NCBI GenBank assembly: GCA_905618905.1
Contig: CAJQTH010000015.1
Span: 2,303-66,302 of the forward strand
Length of the DNA: 64,000 nucleotides
From: an uncultured Candidatus Pelagibacter sp.
GTDB lineage: Bacteria; Pseudomonadota; Alphaproteobacteria; Pelagibacterales; Pelagibacteraceae
Reading direction: 5' to 3'
Under the pieces are notes generated by a model. The model was not told the DNA's origin. It saw only the letters and a program-made list of their open reading frames with translations, and searched no databases. Position numbers and translations under genes: made by a program. Numbering within the stretch: the first letter of the stretch is position 1; the number at the start of each line of letters is the position of its first letter. Below, piece by piece: positions 50,916 through 63,016 of this stretch.

Positions 50916-52721
50916 ATGACAAAAATTGATCACATCAGAAACTTTGCAATCATTGCGCATATTGATCACGGTAAATCAACAATCGCAGATAGGATAATTC
51001 ATAGTTGTGGTGGACTAACCGAAAGAGAAATGAAGGCACAAGTTCTAGATTCAATGGATATTGAGAGAGAAAGAGGAATAACTATTAAAGCTCAAACTGT
51101 TAAACTTAATTATAAAGCAAAAAATGGAAAAGAATACATTCTAAATATTATTGATACTCCTGGGCACGTAGATTTTAGCTATGAAGTTAGTAGATCTCTG
51201 TATGCATGTGAAGGATCTATTTTAATTGTTGATAGTACCCAAGGTGTAGAGGCTCAAACATTGGCCAATGTTTATCAAGCTTTAGACACCAAACATGAAA
51301 TAGTACCTGTACTAAATAAAGTTGATTTACCAGCATCAGACTTAGAAAAAACAAAACAAGAAATAGAAGAAGTTATAGGTATTGATACTGAAAATGCCAT
51401 ACCTTGCTCTGGAAAAACAGGTGAGGGCATAGAAGATATTCTAGAACAAATTATTGTGTCACTACCAGCTCCAGAAGGAGAAAAAGATGCTGATTTAAAA
51501 TGCTTATTAGTTGACAGTTGGTATGACACTTATTTAGGGGTGGTTATTCTAGTTAGAGTTATTAACGGAAAAATTTCTAAAAATATGAAGATCAAAATGA
51601 TGTCCACTAATCAAGAATATATAATTGAAAAAGTAGGCGTATTTACTCCAAAAGCCACTGATATTAATGAATTAAATGCAGGAGAAATTGGCTTTATAAC
51701 GACGGGAATAAAAATTTTATCAGAAACAAAAGTTGGAGATACAATTTGTGATGCAACCAAACCACTTCAAGAGGCGCTTCCAGGATTTAAACCAAGTAAG
51801 CCAGTTGTATTTTGTGGATTGTTTCCTGTAGATAGCTCTGAATACCAAAAATTGAAAGATGGTTTAGGTAAACTTCAATTAAATGATGCTAGTTTTTCAT
51901 ATGAGGCAGAATCTTCATCTGCATTAGGTCTTGGTTTTAGATGTGGTTTTTTAGGTCTCTTACATTTAGAAATTATAACCGAAAGATTAGAAAGAGAATT
52001 TGATATAAATCTATTAACCACAACACCAGGGGTAGTTTATAAAGTTCATATGAACAAAGGTGAAGTAATAGAGCTACAAAACCCATCAAGCTTACCAGAG
52101 CCCACTCTAATTAAATTTATTGAAGAACCATGGATTAAGGCAACCATTATTACTCCTGACGAGTATCTTGGACCAATTATAAAGGTATGCCAAGATAAAA
52201 GAGGAGTTCAGACAAATCTAAGCTATTCAGGAAATAGAGCTGTATTAAATTATGAAATTCCATTAAATGAAGTTGTTTTTGATTTTAATGATAGATTAAA
52301 GTCAATGACAAGTGGCTATGCTAGCTTTGACTATGAAATTATAGGTCATAGAGAGGGTGACTTAGTTAAGCTTGGAATACTTGTAAATGCGGAACCTGTT
52401 GATGCACTATCAATGATGGTTCATAAAGATTTTGCTCAAATAGTTGGAAGAGAAGTTTGTGAAAAATTAAGAGATTTAATTCCTAGACACAATTTTATGA
52501 TTCCAGTTCAAGCTGCAATTGGTGGAAAGATTATAGCCAGAGAAACTATTAAAGGTTTTAAAAAAGATGTATTAACGAAAATTCATGGTGGTGGAGCAAG
52601 AGATAGAAAAAGAAAATTATTAGACAAACAGAAAAAAGGAAAAGCAAGAGGTAAGCAGTTTGGAAAAGTTGAAATACCCCAAGAAGCTTTTATTGGGGTA
52701 TTAAAGATTAAAAAGGAGTAG
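50916..52721 (+). CDS. lepA: Elongation factor 4
   Basis: [30 protein letters not shown]. Confidence 0.98.
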   Translation: MTKIDHIRNFAIIAHIDHGKSTIADRIIHSCGGLTEREMKAQVLDSMDIERERGITIKAQTVKLNYKAKNGKEYILNIIDTPGHVDFSYEVSRSLYACEGSILIVDSTQGVEAQTLANVYQALDTKHEIVPVLNKVDLPASDLEKTKQEIEEVIGIDTENAIPCSGKTGEGIEDILEQIIVSLPAPEGEKDADLKCLLVDSWYDTYLGVVILVRVINGKISKNMKIKMMSTNQEYIIEKVGVFTPKATDINELNAGEIGFITTGIKILSETKVGDTICDATKPLQEALPGFKPSKPVVFCGLFPVDSSEYQKLKDGLGKLQLNDASFSYEAESSSALGLGFRCGFLGLLHLEIITERLEREFDINLLTTTPGVVYKVHMNKGEVIELQNPSSLPEPTLIKFIEEPWIKATIITPDEYLGPIIKVCQDKRGVQTNLSYSGNRAVLNYEIPLNEVVFDFNDRLKSMTSGYASFDYEIIGHREGDLVKLGILVNAEPVDALSMMVHKDFAQIVGREVCEKLRDLIPRHNFMIPVQAAIGGKIIARETIKGFKKDVLTKIHGGGARDRKRKLLDKQKKGKARGKQFGKVEIPQEAFIGVLKIKKE

Positions 52722-52724
52722 TTT

Positions 52725-53750
52725 TTGAAAAAAATTAATTGGGGAATTATAGGCCTTGGTAATGTTGCTTTAGAGTTTGCAAAAAGTTTCGATAAGATAA
52801 AAAATTCACAATTAGTAAGTATAGCAAGTAAAGATAATAACAAAATTAAAATTTTTCAAGATCAATTTAAAATAGATAAGAATTTTATTTTTCATGATTA
52901 TGAAGATTTATTAGATTGTGAAATAGTAGATATTATATATATAGCCCTACCTAATTCACACCATTATAAATGGATAATGAAGTGTATTGAAAAAAAAAAA
53001 AGAATATTGATAGAAAAGCCAGCAGTACTAAATTTTACTGAAATAGAAAATATAAATCAAAGGTTAAAAAATAGTAATTTACTATTTGTTGAAGCTTTTA
53101 TGTATAGATATCACCCACAAATAAAGAAAGTAATTGAAATAATAAAAAAAAAAAAAATTGGAAAATTAATATCTATGGAGTCGATGTATGGGAAAGATAT
53201 ATTAACTAAAAAAAATATTTTTGGTTTAAAAAAGAATAAAAAAATAAATGTAAAAAGTAGACTGTTTAATAAAGACTTAGGTGGGGGGTCCATATTAGAC
53301 CTAGGATGTTATCCAACATCGTTTTCCCTACTTATAGCCTCCTTAATACCTGGTATTAATTTAAACAACATGAAACTTGTTAATAAAAAAAATGATATAG
53401 GTCCTACAGAGGTAGATATTGAAGGAAATATTGAGCTAAATTTTGATAATCAGTTTAAGTGTAAATTAAGGTCATCGTTTAAAAAAAATTTAGGAAAAAA
53501 AACAATAATATATGGAGACAAAGGAAAAATAGAAATTGAAGACAGTTGGCATGGCAAGCCAGCTAGGGTCACAGTAGAAGGAGAGGAAAATTATATTGAT
53601 GATACAAACAGCAATGAAAATGTCTATAAGTTACAAATTGAAGAAGTTAGCAATACAGTAATAGAAAATAAAAAAGAAATAAATTATCCTGGAATGACAA
53701 TAAGTGAAACTTTACTTAATATGAAAATCTTAGACATGTGGAGGGGATAA
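52725..53750 (+). CDS. Gfo/Idh/MocA family oxidoreductase
   Basis: WGIIGLGNVA, YIALPNSHH, EKP, EAFMYRYHP, GGGSILDLGCY; TTG start. Confidence 0.88.
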   Translation: MKKINWGIIGLGNVALEFAKSFDKIKNSQLVSIASKDNNKIKIFQDQFKIDKNFIFHDYEDLLDCEIVDIIYIALPNSHHYKWIMKCIEKKKRILIEKPAVLNFTEIENINQRLKNSNLLFVEAFMYRYHPQIKKVIEIIKKKKIGKLISMESMYGKDILTKKNIFGLKKNKKINVKSRLFNKDLGGGSILDLGCYPTSFSLLIASLIPGINLNNMKLVNKKNDIGPTEVDIEGNIELNFDNQFKCKLRSSFKKNLGKKTIIYGDKGKIEIEDSWHGKPARVTVEGEENYIDDTNSNENVYKLQIEEVSNTVIENKKEINYPGMTISETLLNMKILDMWRG

Positions 53751-53753
53751 TAT

Positions 53754-54563
53754 ATGAAAAGTAAAATTTATGATTGTGTTACATTCTTTGAGGAAAATTT
53801 TATAACAAATCTTAGATTTGAAATATTAGACGAATTTATTGATTACTTCGTAATATGTGAGTCTCAATATGATCATAGAGGCAATAAAAAAAAACTTAAT
53901 TTTGAACTGATAGATTCTAAGTTTAAAAAAAAAATTATATACCTAGTACATGACAAACCCTTTAGGGAAGAAAAAAATTTATGGAAAAACCAAGCAGAAC
54001 AGAGAGAGCATATTATTACAGGATTAGATGGAGCTGCACCAAATGATTATATCATGTTCTCAGATCCTGATGAGATACCAAGACCAGAATTATTGAAAAA
54101 TTTAGAATTAAAAAAAAAATATGGAATATTTTTGCAAAATATTTATTGTTACAAATTTAATCTTTTCAATAAGCATGAAAGTCCTTGGGAGGGAACTAGA
54201 GTATGTAAAATGAAAAACCTAAAATCTATAGATTTTATGAGGCAAAAAATTAAAAACAAAAACTTGATTATTCCTTTTTGGAAATTTTATAAAGAAAAAA
54301 GTATTGAAATAATAAGAAATGGTGGATGGCATTTTAATTCTATCTTAAGTCCAGAAGAAATATCAAGAAAATTAAAAACATTTGCACACAGAGAATATGC
54401 AGCAGACAGATACTCTTCAATAGAATCTATTAAAAAAAAAATTATAAATAAAGTAGACTTATTTGAAAGAGGACATAAATATGAAACAGTTCAAATTGAT
54501 AATAGTTTTCCTAAATATTTAATTCAAAATATTAATAAATTTAAAGATTTAATTAGTAATTAA
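53754..54563 (+). CDS. Glycosyltransferase family 17-like (beta-1,4-GlcNAc transferase)
   Basis: KIYDCVTFF, DYFVICES, QRE, SDPDEIP, GGWHF. Confidence 0.75.
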   Translation: MKSKIYDCVTFFEENFITNLRFEILDEFIDYFVICESQYDHRGNKKKLNFELIDSKFKKKIIYLVHDKPFREEKNLWKNQAEQREHIITGLDGAAPNDYIMFSDPDEIPRPELLKNLELKKKYGIFLQNIYCYKFNLFNKHESPWEGTRVCKMKNLKSIDFMRQKIKNKNLIIPFWKFYKEKSIEIIRNGGWHFNSILSPEEISRKLKTFAHREYAADRYSSIESIKKKIINKVDLFERGHKYETVQIDNSFPKYLIQNINKFKDLISN

Positions 54564-54565
54564 AT

Positions 54566-55678
54566 CTAATCTATATTTAGCTGTCTCAATATACCGTCAA
54601 TCTCTTCAACTTTAATTTCCATGTCACCCAAATGATCCTGGGAACTAATTTCAGGTCTAATAACTTTAGTATAATCCAATTTTAGAATATTTGATATTTT
54701 TTGACATTTAATACTTGAGTGGCTTTTTGGGATTAATTCTATAATCTTGGTACTAGGCTTAGAAAATATTATATTAGAAAATGCTGCACCATGAGGACCA
54801 ATTATTATCTTGGCATTATTAAATAAATAAACTTGTTCTAAAAAATTTAACTTACTTATTTTATAGGAAGTAAAACCTTTTATTTCTAAGAATTTTATTA
54901 TTTCATCATTATTTACAAGTTGACAATGTTTAAACTTAGAATCTGACCTATCTATAAAAATTTTTTTATTACAATCAAACTTTTTTGAAATTTTTAAAAA
55001 TCTACTTCTTAACCAAAAAATTATCCATTCTGGTATATTTGCTATCTCATTCTGGACATATCCCTTATGGTACCATGGATGATCAATTGATATAAGTTTA
55101 TCTACTTTTATATGCCTGTAAACCTTACTGCTTATTAATCGTTTTTTATCTATCCCGAAAAGAGCAAATATCTTATTTTGCCATTCAATATTTCCATGAA
55201 CATAATAATTATCAATTTTATCAAGTGAAAATTTTTGCTCACAAATTGCTAATTTTGTTAATATATCAAATAAAAAATGAAAATAGTTTTCACCACTACC
55301 GCCCTGGACAAGTGTTAGTGTAGTTCCTTTTATTTTTTTTATTAATCTGGGAGTCCCTGTTTCTAAAACTTTGTTAAATTCACTCTCTTTTAATTCACCC
55401 AAAATTTGCTGATAAGATATCTTCGGAATTATAGTATTATCTTTTATAATGGCAACATGCTCATTTGTATCAGTATAAATTCTACAATCATCTATTTCAT
55501 AAATCTTATTTTCTAAAGTAAAACTTTTAATACCATCTATATTTATGCTTTTAATTTCATATGATCTAAAATTATTTTTAAATTCTTTATTATGATTTAA
55601 AATTTTACCATATAATAAAAGAAATAATTTTTGAAAAAACTTTTTAAATAGTTTCTGTAAAAGCTTTTTTAATTTCAT
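54566..55678 (-). CDS. Glycosyltransferase family 61-like
   Basis: NYFHFLFD, FIDRSD, LEQVYLF..AKIIIGPHGAAFSN. Confidence 0.78.
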   Translation of the reverse strand: MKLKKLLQKLFKKFFQKLFLLLYGKILNHNKEFKNNFRSYEIKSINIDGIKSFTLENKIYEIDDCRIYTDTNEHVAIIKDNTIIPKISYQQILGELKESEFNKVLETGTPRLIKKIKGTTLTLVQGGSGENYFHFLFDILTKLAICEQKFSLDKIDNYYVHGNIEWQNKIFALFGIDKKRLISSKVYRHIKVDKLISIDHPWYHKGYVQNEIANIPEWIIFWLRSRFLKISKKFDCNKKIFIDRSDSKFKHCQLVNNDEIIKFLEIKGFTSYKISKLNFLEQVYLFNNAKIIIGPHGAAFSNIIFSKPSTKIIELIPKSHSSIKCQKISNILKLDYTKVIRPEISSQDHLGDMEIKVEEIDGILRQLNID

Positions 55679-57681
55679 TTTTTTAATTTAAGAGCCACCA
55701 ATGCATTTCCTTCTTGAACTAAATCTGGATAGCCTTTACTTAAAGACCACCCACCTGTTGCATGAACTAAGATATATTGTTCCCCATCACTCATATATGT
55801 AGTGGGGGGCGCAGAACCAATGTATGGAAGTTCTAAATCAAAGATAATATCACCATTAATTGCATTAAAAATATATATTTTTTTATCAAGAGTACCTGTT
55901 GCAATTACTATATCGCCAGAAGTAACCGTTGCCCCTCCAAAATTTTCAGTTCCAGTTGTTGAAATACCTATTTTTGTCAGCTCTTTATATTCCCCAAAAG
56001 GAGATTGCCAAATAATTTTGCCATTGTTTAGATTAAGGGCTGTAAGTGTGCCCCATGGGGGTTTTGTTGCAGGATATCCTAATTCAGTGAGCACTCTTTT
56101 GAATTTACTTGAATAAAGTGGCACTAAACTTTCTTCTTTATTATCTAAAACTAATTCTGTTTCCCACAATATATTATTAGATGTTACAAACATAATATTT
56201 TTTATCTGGTCGACAGCTCCTCCCATCCATTCAGCCCCCCCATGAAAATTATACTGTAAGTTTTTCTTATTTAATTTATAAGGTTCAAAAAATCCAAAAT
56301 TATAATTTAAATATTTTTTAATTAATTTTTTAGTCTCTTGTTCATCTGTTGACCATAAATGATCAGCTTGAAATATATTTCTTGAAAATGGCTCTGGTAT
56401 ATTTAGATTAGGTTGATAAGTAGAAGTTTTTTCACCAGGTGTTTTAGACGAAGGTGCTTTTCTTAATCTAAAATCAAATATTGGAAGCCCAGTAAGTCTA
56501 TCAAGTATTATGGTATTTGCTAGCTTTGTAGGAGTAACAACAACATCTATATAATGGCCATTTTTTTTTATTTTTGTTAAGATAGGTATGCCTGATATGT
56601 CATGATTCCATATATCATGGCTTGTTTCTTGAAAGTCCCATAGTATTTTTTTATTATTTAAATCTATAGCTATAATACTATTTGAGTACCTATTTTGACC
56701 AGGTCTTTGTGTACCATCAAAATAAGCATGTGGGTTTCCAGTTGTAATAAATAGTAAGCCCCTTTCTTTGTCTAAAGAGATTCCCGACCAAGGATTTGCA
56801 CCCTTGTTATTGTATTTTATCCCACCATTTCTTTCATAAATTTTTTTTTTAAACTTAATTTTCCATTTAACTTTGCCACTCATTAGGTCGTATGCTTCAA
56901 TTGCATGATCCCATGATGCAATAATAATGTTTCCTTTATAAATTACAGGAGTCATTACATTTAATCCACTGCGAGTCTTACCTTTATTCCCAAAAGTTTT
57001 GATTTCTTTACCATCTTTTGCATTTAGTGAAATCAGCTTTTCTCTATTTGAAAATATAATCCTACTAGAATTGTTACCATTACCAGTCCAGTAGATTAGA
57101 CCACGTCGAGCAGCAAATTTACCATAATGAGAAGATTTCCAAATTAGTTTCCCATTTGAACCATTTATTGCAGCTATATAACCACCTGAAATTGGAGTGT
57201 ATATTATACCATCTGCAACAACAGGATTTGCCTGAACATCTTGAACTTCATCTGCTAAAAAAGTCCATGCAACTGATAAATTTTTTGCATTATCTTTATT
57301 TATCAATCTCAAGTTAGAAAACCTATCCGAATAGTCATTGCCATGGCTTCTCAACCAGTTATCTGTGTTGAAGAGGTATTTATGTTTATTAGGAGTAAAT
57401 ATGGTAGCTTTTTCTTTGAATTTATATTCAGGAAGATCACCCCTTAACTTAGTATCTTTAATTTTCCAATAGTTTTTGTGATTATTATTATTAGAGATTA
57501 AGTAATTCTCAATTTTTTTATCAATAAATGTATGTACTTTTTTTAAATAATTGTTGTTTAAGTTTTGATAACTGTATGTAATATTACCTTGATTTATGTA
57601 GCTAAAGTCTAATTTTTTATAATCTTTCCAAATATAAATAGCTAAAATAAAAATTAGAAAAAAGAAAATTTTTTTTTTCAC
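55675..57681 (-). CDS. PQQ-binding beta-propeller dehydrogenase (glucose/quinate dehydrogenase-like), N-terminal membrane anchor
   Basis: QANPVV, RRGL, WDFQETSHDIWNHD, GGAEWMGGAVD, KPPWGTLTALNL, APPTTY; GTG start. Confidence 0.75.
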   Translation of the reverse strand: MKKKIFFFLIFILAIYIWKDYKKLDFSYINQGNITYSYQNLNNNYLKKVHTFIDKKIENYLISNNNNHKNYWKIKDTKLRGDLPEYKFKEKATIFTPNKHKYLFNTDNWLRSHGNDYSDRFSNLRLINKDNAKNLSVAWTFLADEVQDVQANPVVADGIIYTPISGGYIAAINGSNGKLIWKSSHYGKFAARRGLIYWTGNGNNSSRIIFSNREKLISLNAKDGKEIKTFGNKGKTRSGLNVMTPVIYKGNIIIASWDHAIEAYDLMSGKVKWKIKFKKKIYERNGGIKYNNKGANPWSGISLDKERGLLFITTGNPHAYFDGTQRPGQNRYSNSIIAIDLNNKKILWDFQETSHDIWNHDISGIPILTKIKKNGHYIDVVVTPTKLANTIILDRLTGLPIFDFRLRKAPSSKTPGEKTSTYQPNLNIPEPFSRNIFQADHLWSTDEQETKKLIKKYLNYNFGFFEPYKLNKKNLQYNFHGGAEWMGGAVDQIKNIMFVTSNNILWETELVLDNKEESLVPLYSSKFKRVLTELGYPATKPPWGTLTALNLNNGKIIWQSPFGEYKELTKIGISTTGTENFGGATVTSGDIVIATGTLDKKIYIFNAINGDIIFDLELPYIGSAPPTTYMSDGEQYILVHATGGWSLSKGYPDLVQEGNALVALKLKK

Positions 57682-58893
57682 CTAGGAAGTAATATTATTT
57701 AGCTTTGCAAATTTTAAAAAAATATTACACATATATTTTAGGTCACTTATAGAAAGTGCTTGATGACAACCTAAAAGAATACCATTTTTCATTACATCAT
57801 CTGCTATTGGGGCTGTATTTTTATGGGACTTATATTTTAAGTTTTTCATAATGGGTTGCTTTAATATATTTCCAGTAAATATAGTCCTAGTTTGAACATT
57901 ATTCTTTTCATAATAAATTTGCATTTCAGTTCTATCAAATTTTTTATTAGGTTTTATTACCAGTGGAAAAGCAAGCCATGGAGTTTTAATTCCAGCATAT
58001 GTTTCTGGTAATTTAAAATATCTAGAATATGATTTGAAAAATTTTTTTAAGTAATCAAAATTTCTATCACGTAGTGATATGTTATCTTTTAATTTTTTAA
58101 TTTGCTCAAGTGCAAATGCAGCAGATATTTCAGAAGGAAGAAAATTGTACCCAAGTTCAGAAAAAATATATTTTTTATCATATTGAATTCCTGAAATTTT
58201 GACATCAAACCTATCTTCAATTTTTTCAGACTCATTAAAAGTCGCAGAAGACCTTCCCCAGCCTCTTAATAATTTTGCATTTTGATAAAGCTCATAGTCA
58301 TTAAAGCATGCTATACCACCAAAGCCAGCTCCATTTATTATGTGTGATGCATAAAAACTATTAGTGGTTATATCAGAAAATCCACCTTGGATTTTTGAAT
58401 TTACCGTATACCCAATTGTATCAGCAGAATCTTCTATAACTTTTAATTTATATTTTTTTGCAATTTTATTAATAGCTTTCCAGTCAGCAATATTTCCCAA
58501 TAGATTTGGTACCATGATTGCAACTGTTTTTTTATTTATACATTTTTCTATTTGTTCAGGATCTGCTAGAAATTTATTTTCCAAAACACCAATAAAATGT
58601 GGGATTAAACCAAGTTGATAAATTGGAGCTATAGTTGTTGAAAATGTAAGTGAGGGTGTAATTACTTCGCCACCTTTTTTAAATTTAAAAGAACTCAAAG
58701 CTAACAAATTTGCAGACGAACCTGAGTTGACCATTAATCCATATTTTTTACCAAAAATTTTTGCAACTGTTTTTTCTAATTTTTTTACGTGGGGGCCATC
58801 TATCAGTGTTAAGCTATGGTTTTTAAGAACATTTATCGCAGCATTTATTTCTTCTTTGCCATATACAGCACGCCCATAATAGATTTTTTTCAT
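57682..58893 (-). CDS. DegT/DnrJ-fold NDP-4-keto-6-deoxyhexose 3-dehydratase (RfbH/ColD-like)
   Basis: VNSGSSANLLA, TFSTT, EDSAD, SFYASH with His at the PLP-Lys position, LGYN. Confidence 0.78.
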   Translation of the reverse strand: MKKIYYGRAVYGKEEINAAINVLKNHSLTLIDGPHVKKLEKTVAKIFGKKYGLMVNSGSSANLLALSSFKFKKGGEVITPSLTFSTTIAPIYQLGLIPHFIGVLENKFLADPEQIEKCINKKTVAIMVPNLLGNIADWKAINKIAKKYKLKVIEDSADTIGYTVNSKIQGGFSDITTNSFYASHIINGAGFGGIACFNDYELYQNAKLLRGWGRSSATFNESEKIEDRFDVKISGIQYDKKYIFSELGYNFLPSEISAAFALEQIKKLKDNISLRDRNFDYLKKFFKSYSRYFKLPETYAGIKTPWLAFPLVIKPNKKFDRTEMQIYYEKNNVQTRTIFTGNILKQPIMKNLKYKSHKNTAPIADDVMKNGILLGCHQALSISDLKYMCNIFLKFAKLNNITS

Positions 58894-58923
58894 AATGACC
58901 TTTTAAGTTATTCGTTTAATAAA

Positions 58924-59793
58924 TCAATTTAATTCATCTTTTAAAATAAAATTTACTAAATTATTCATTTTGCTATTTTCTGCTTTCCAGTGAGGTAGAG
59001 TTTTATAATTATATATTTTTTCTTTAATTATTTTTGAAGAGCTCCATTTTATTTTGATTTTAATCTTTTCTTCAATTTTATTAATTAAGGTTGAAATATT
59101 AAAAATTTTTTTATTAATCATACTATATTTTCCAGGATTTATTTTTTTATTCAATAAAATAAAAACACCTGAGACAATATCATCAATATTTATTAAATTA
59201 AGAAAAAGATTTTTTGAAACAATTATAGTTTTTTTCTTCTGGGTAATATTTTTTTTTAAGACACTTATTATTTTCCCTCTTTTATCATGAAAACCATAAG
59301 TATCAGATATTATCAAATTAAAAAAATTTATATTTTTATTATTGATTTGATAATAATTTATTATTTTTTCAAAAGCTTGCTTTGAAGCAGAATATAAATT
59401 ATGTGGATTGTCTTTAATTCCATTATAGTTTTCCCATATTGTTGAAAAATTAATAAAGTTTTTAATACCCATAATATTTAGATTATCTAGAAGTATGGTT
59501 CCAAATTCAATATTGGAGTTAACAAGTTTGACCAAATCATCAGGCTGATGTTTTTTAACATAGTGTGTTGCACAATGGATTAGCCAATCAGCTTTAATTT
59601 TTTTTAAAGTATTATTTAATTGTTTATTATCTTTAAAATATTTATATGAAATATTTTTATTAAAGATAGGCTTACTTTTTCTAGTATCTCTCTTATCTCT
59701 TATTAGTAAAACTAAGTTATGTTTTTTTTTTAAAGAACCAACAAGAGCTGATCCAATAAAACCAGTTGAGCCTGTAATTACAATCGTTTTCAT
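58924..59793 (-). CDS. NAD-dependent epimerase/reductase (RfbJ-like)
   Basis: ITGSTGFIG, IHCATHY, YSASK, DTYG. Confidence 0.75.
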   Translation of the reverse strand: MKTIVITGSTGFIGSALVGSLKKKHNLVLLIRDKRDTRKSKPIFNKNISYKYFKDNKQLNNTLKKIKADWLIHCATHYVKKHQPDDLVKLVNSNIEFGTILLDNLNIMGIKNFINFSTIWENYNGIKDNPHNLYSASKQAFEKIINYYQINNKNINFFNLIISDTYGFHDKRGKIISVLKKNITQKKKTIIVSKNLFLNLINIDDIVSGVFILLNKKINPGKYSMINKKIFNISTLINKIEEKIKIKIKWSSSKIIKEKIYNYKTLPHWKAENSKMNNLVNFILKDELN

Positions 59794-59879
59794 AATATAA
59801 TTTTAATTTATACAATTTTGAAATATAATAGTATTTATGCATATTAAATTTCATAACTAAATCAATTTTTAAACACTTA

Positions 59880-60761
59880 ATGAATAAAGAAATATCAACA
59901 AATAATGAAATCACTGTATTAATTGTATTATATAAGGAAACATATGATCTAATTTCAAAAACTCTAGAAACATTAAAATTATATAAAAAAATTATTATTG
60001 ATAATGGTTGTGACGAAGGCCTAAAAAAAAAAATTGAAGCCTCATATAAAATAGAAAGTTATATCTTAAATGAAATTAACTTAGGTTTTTCAGCAGGCTA
60101 CAATCAGGCTATAAAGTTATGTAAAACAGAATTTTGTTTAATACTTGGACCTGATTGTATTATTGAAAAGGAAGCAATAATAAAATTACATGAGGCCTAC
60201 TTAAAATATGATAATTGTTTTATGGTAGCACCAACCTCGTACAACAAAAGTGATGAATTAACTTATACGGGTGGACCGCTACCAGAAAATTCTAATAAAG
60301 ATATAATATTAAATCTTTCAGGTGATACATGCGTTGAAAGCGTACTAGGTGCTTGTATGTTTGTTAAAATGACTGATATAAAAAAAATTGGAATGTTTGA
60401 TGAGAATTTTTTTTTATATTATTCGGATGATGATTTATGCAGAAAAATAGGAAAGATTAATAAATCAATAATACAGATATATGCTGCCAAAAGTAAGCAC
60501 ACACATGGTCTTCTTGTTGAAACAAATAAATATCTGAAGGTATTTATCAGAGAGTATAACCTTATGCACGATGCTTTGTATTATTATGAAAAAGTTAATG
60601 ATCAAAAATATTTGAATCTTATTAAAAAAAAAATAAGAAGTTATTTATATAAATTAATTTTAAAATTATTATTCTTTCAGCTAGATGAGGCTATAAAAAT
60701 TTTTTCAAGATTATTTGCCTACTATAAATTTAGATTAAGATTCAAAAGGAGAGATGGCTGA
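59880..60761 (+). CDS. Glycosyltransferase family 2
   Basis: IIDNG, NLGFSAGYN, GACM, FDENFFLYYSDDDLC; stop codon lies inside tRNA-Ser. Confidence 0.85.
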   Translation: MNKEISTNNEITVLIVLYKETYDLISKTLETLKLYKKIIIDNGCDEGLKKKIEASYKIESYILNEINLGFSAGYNQAIKLCKTEFCLILGPDCIIEKEAIIKLHEAYLKYDNCFMVAPTSYNKSDELTYTGGPLPENSNKDIILNLSGDTCVESVLGACMFVKMTDIKKIGMFDENFFLYYSDDDLCRKIGKINKSIIQIYAAKSKHTHGLLVETNKYLKVFIREYNLMHDALYYYEKVNDQKYLNLIKKKIRSYLYKLILKLLFFQLDEAIKIFSRLFAYYKFRLRFKRRDG

Positions 60762-60837
60762 GTGGTTTAAAGCGCACGCTTGGAAAGTGTGTGTACTGTT
60801 AAAGGTACCCAGGGTTCGAATCCCTGTCTCTCCACCA
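60748..60837 (+). tRNA. tRNA-Ser(GGA)
   Basis: GGAGAGA/TCTCTCC stem, CACGC-TTGGAAA-GTGTG anticodon arm, long variable arm, encoded CCA, 90 nt. Confidence 0.97.
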
Positions 60838-60920
60838 AAAATTAAAAAAATCTTTAATAAGAGAGCTGATTTAACTAATTTTTGTTAATTAATGTAATTA
60901 ATTTTCCTCTTTTTTTTTAA

Positions 60921-63014
<2,094 letters not shown>

Positions 63015-63016
63015 TA

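Larger units (their letters stand above)
52722..60747. other. Accessory surface-glycan gene island (7 genes) between lepA and tRNA-Ser
   Basis: Switch from core genes to glycan enzymes, visibly more A/T-rich with long homopolymers, bounded by a tRNA; no integrase. Confidence 0.75.

Noticed and set aside
52990-53157. A12 and A14 tracts in the island oxidoreductase as phase-variation switches
   Set aside because: ORF is intact and a comparable A12 run occurs in core aceF (33563-33574); expected in such AT-rich DNA, needs read-level data
52722-60747. Island as a prophage or integrative element
   Set aside because: No integrase, transposase or phage genes, and no duplicated tRNA 3' end found
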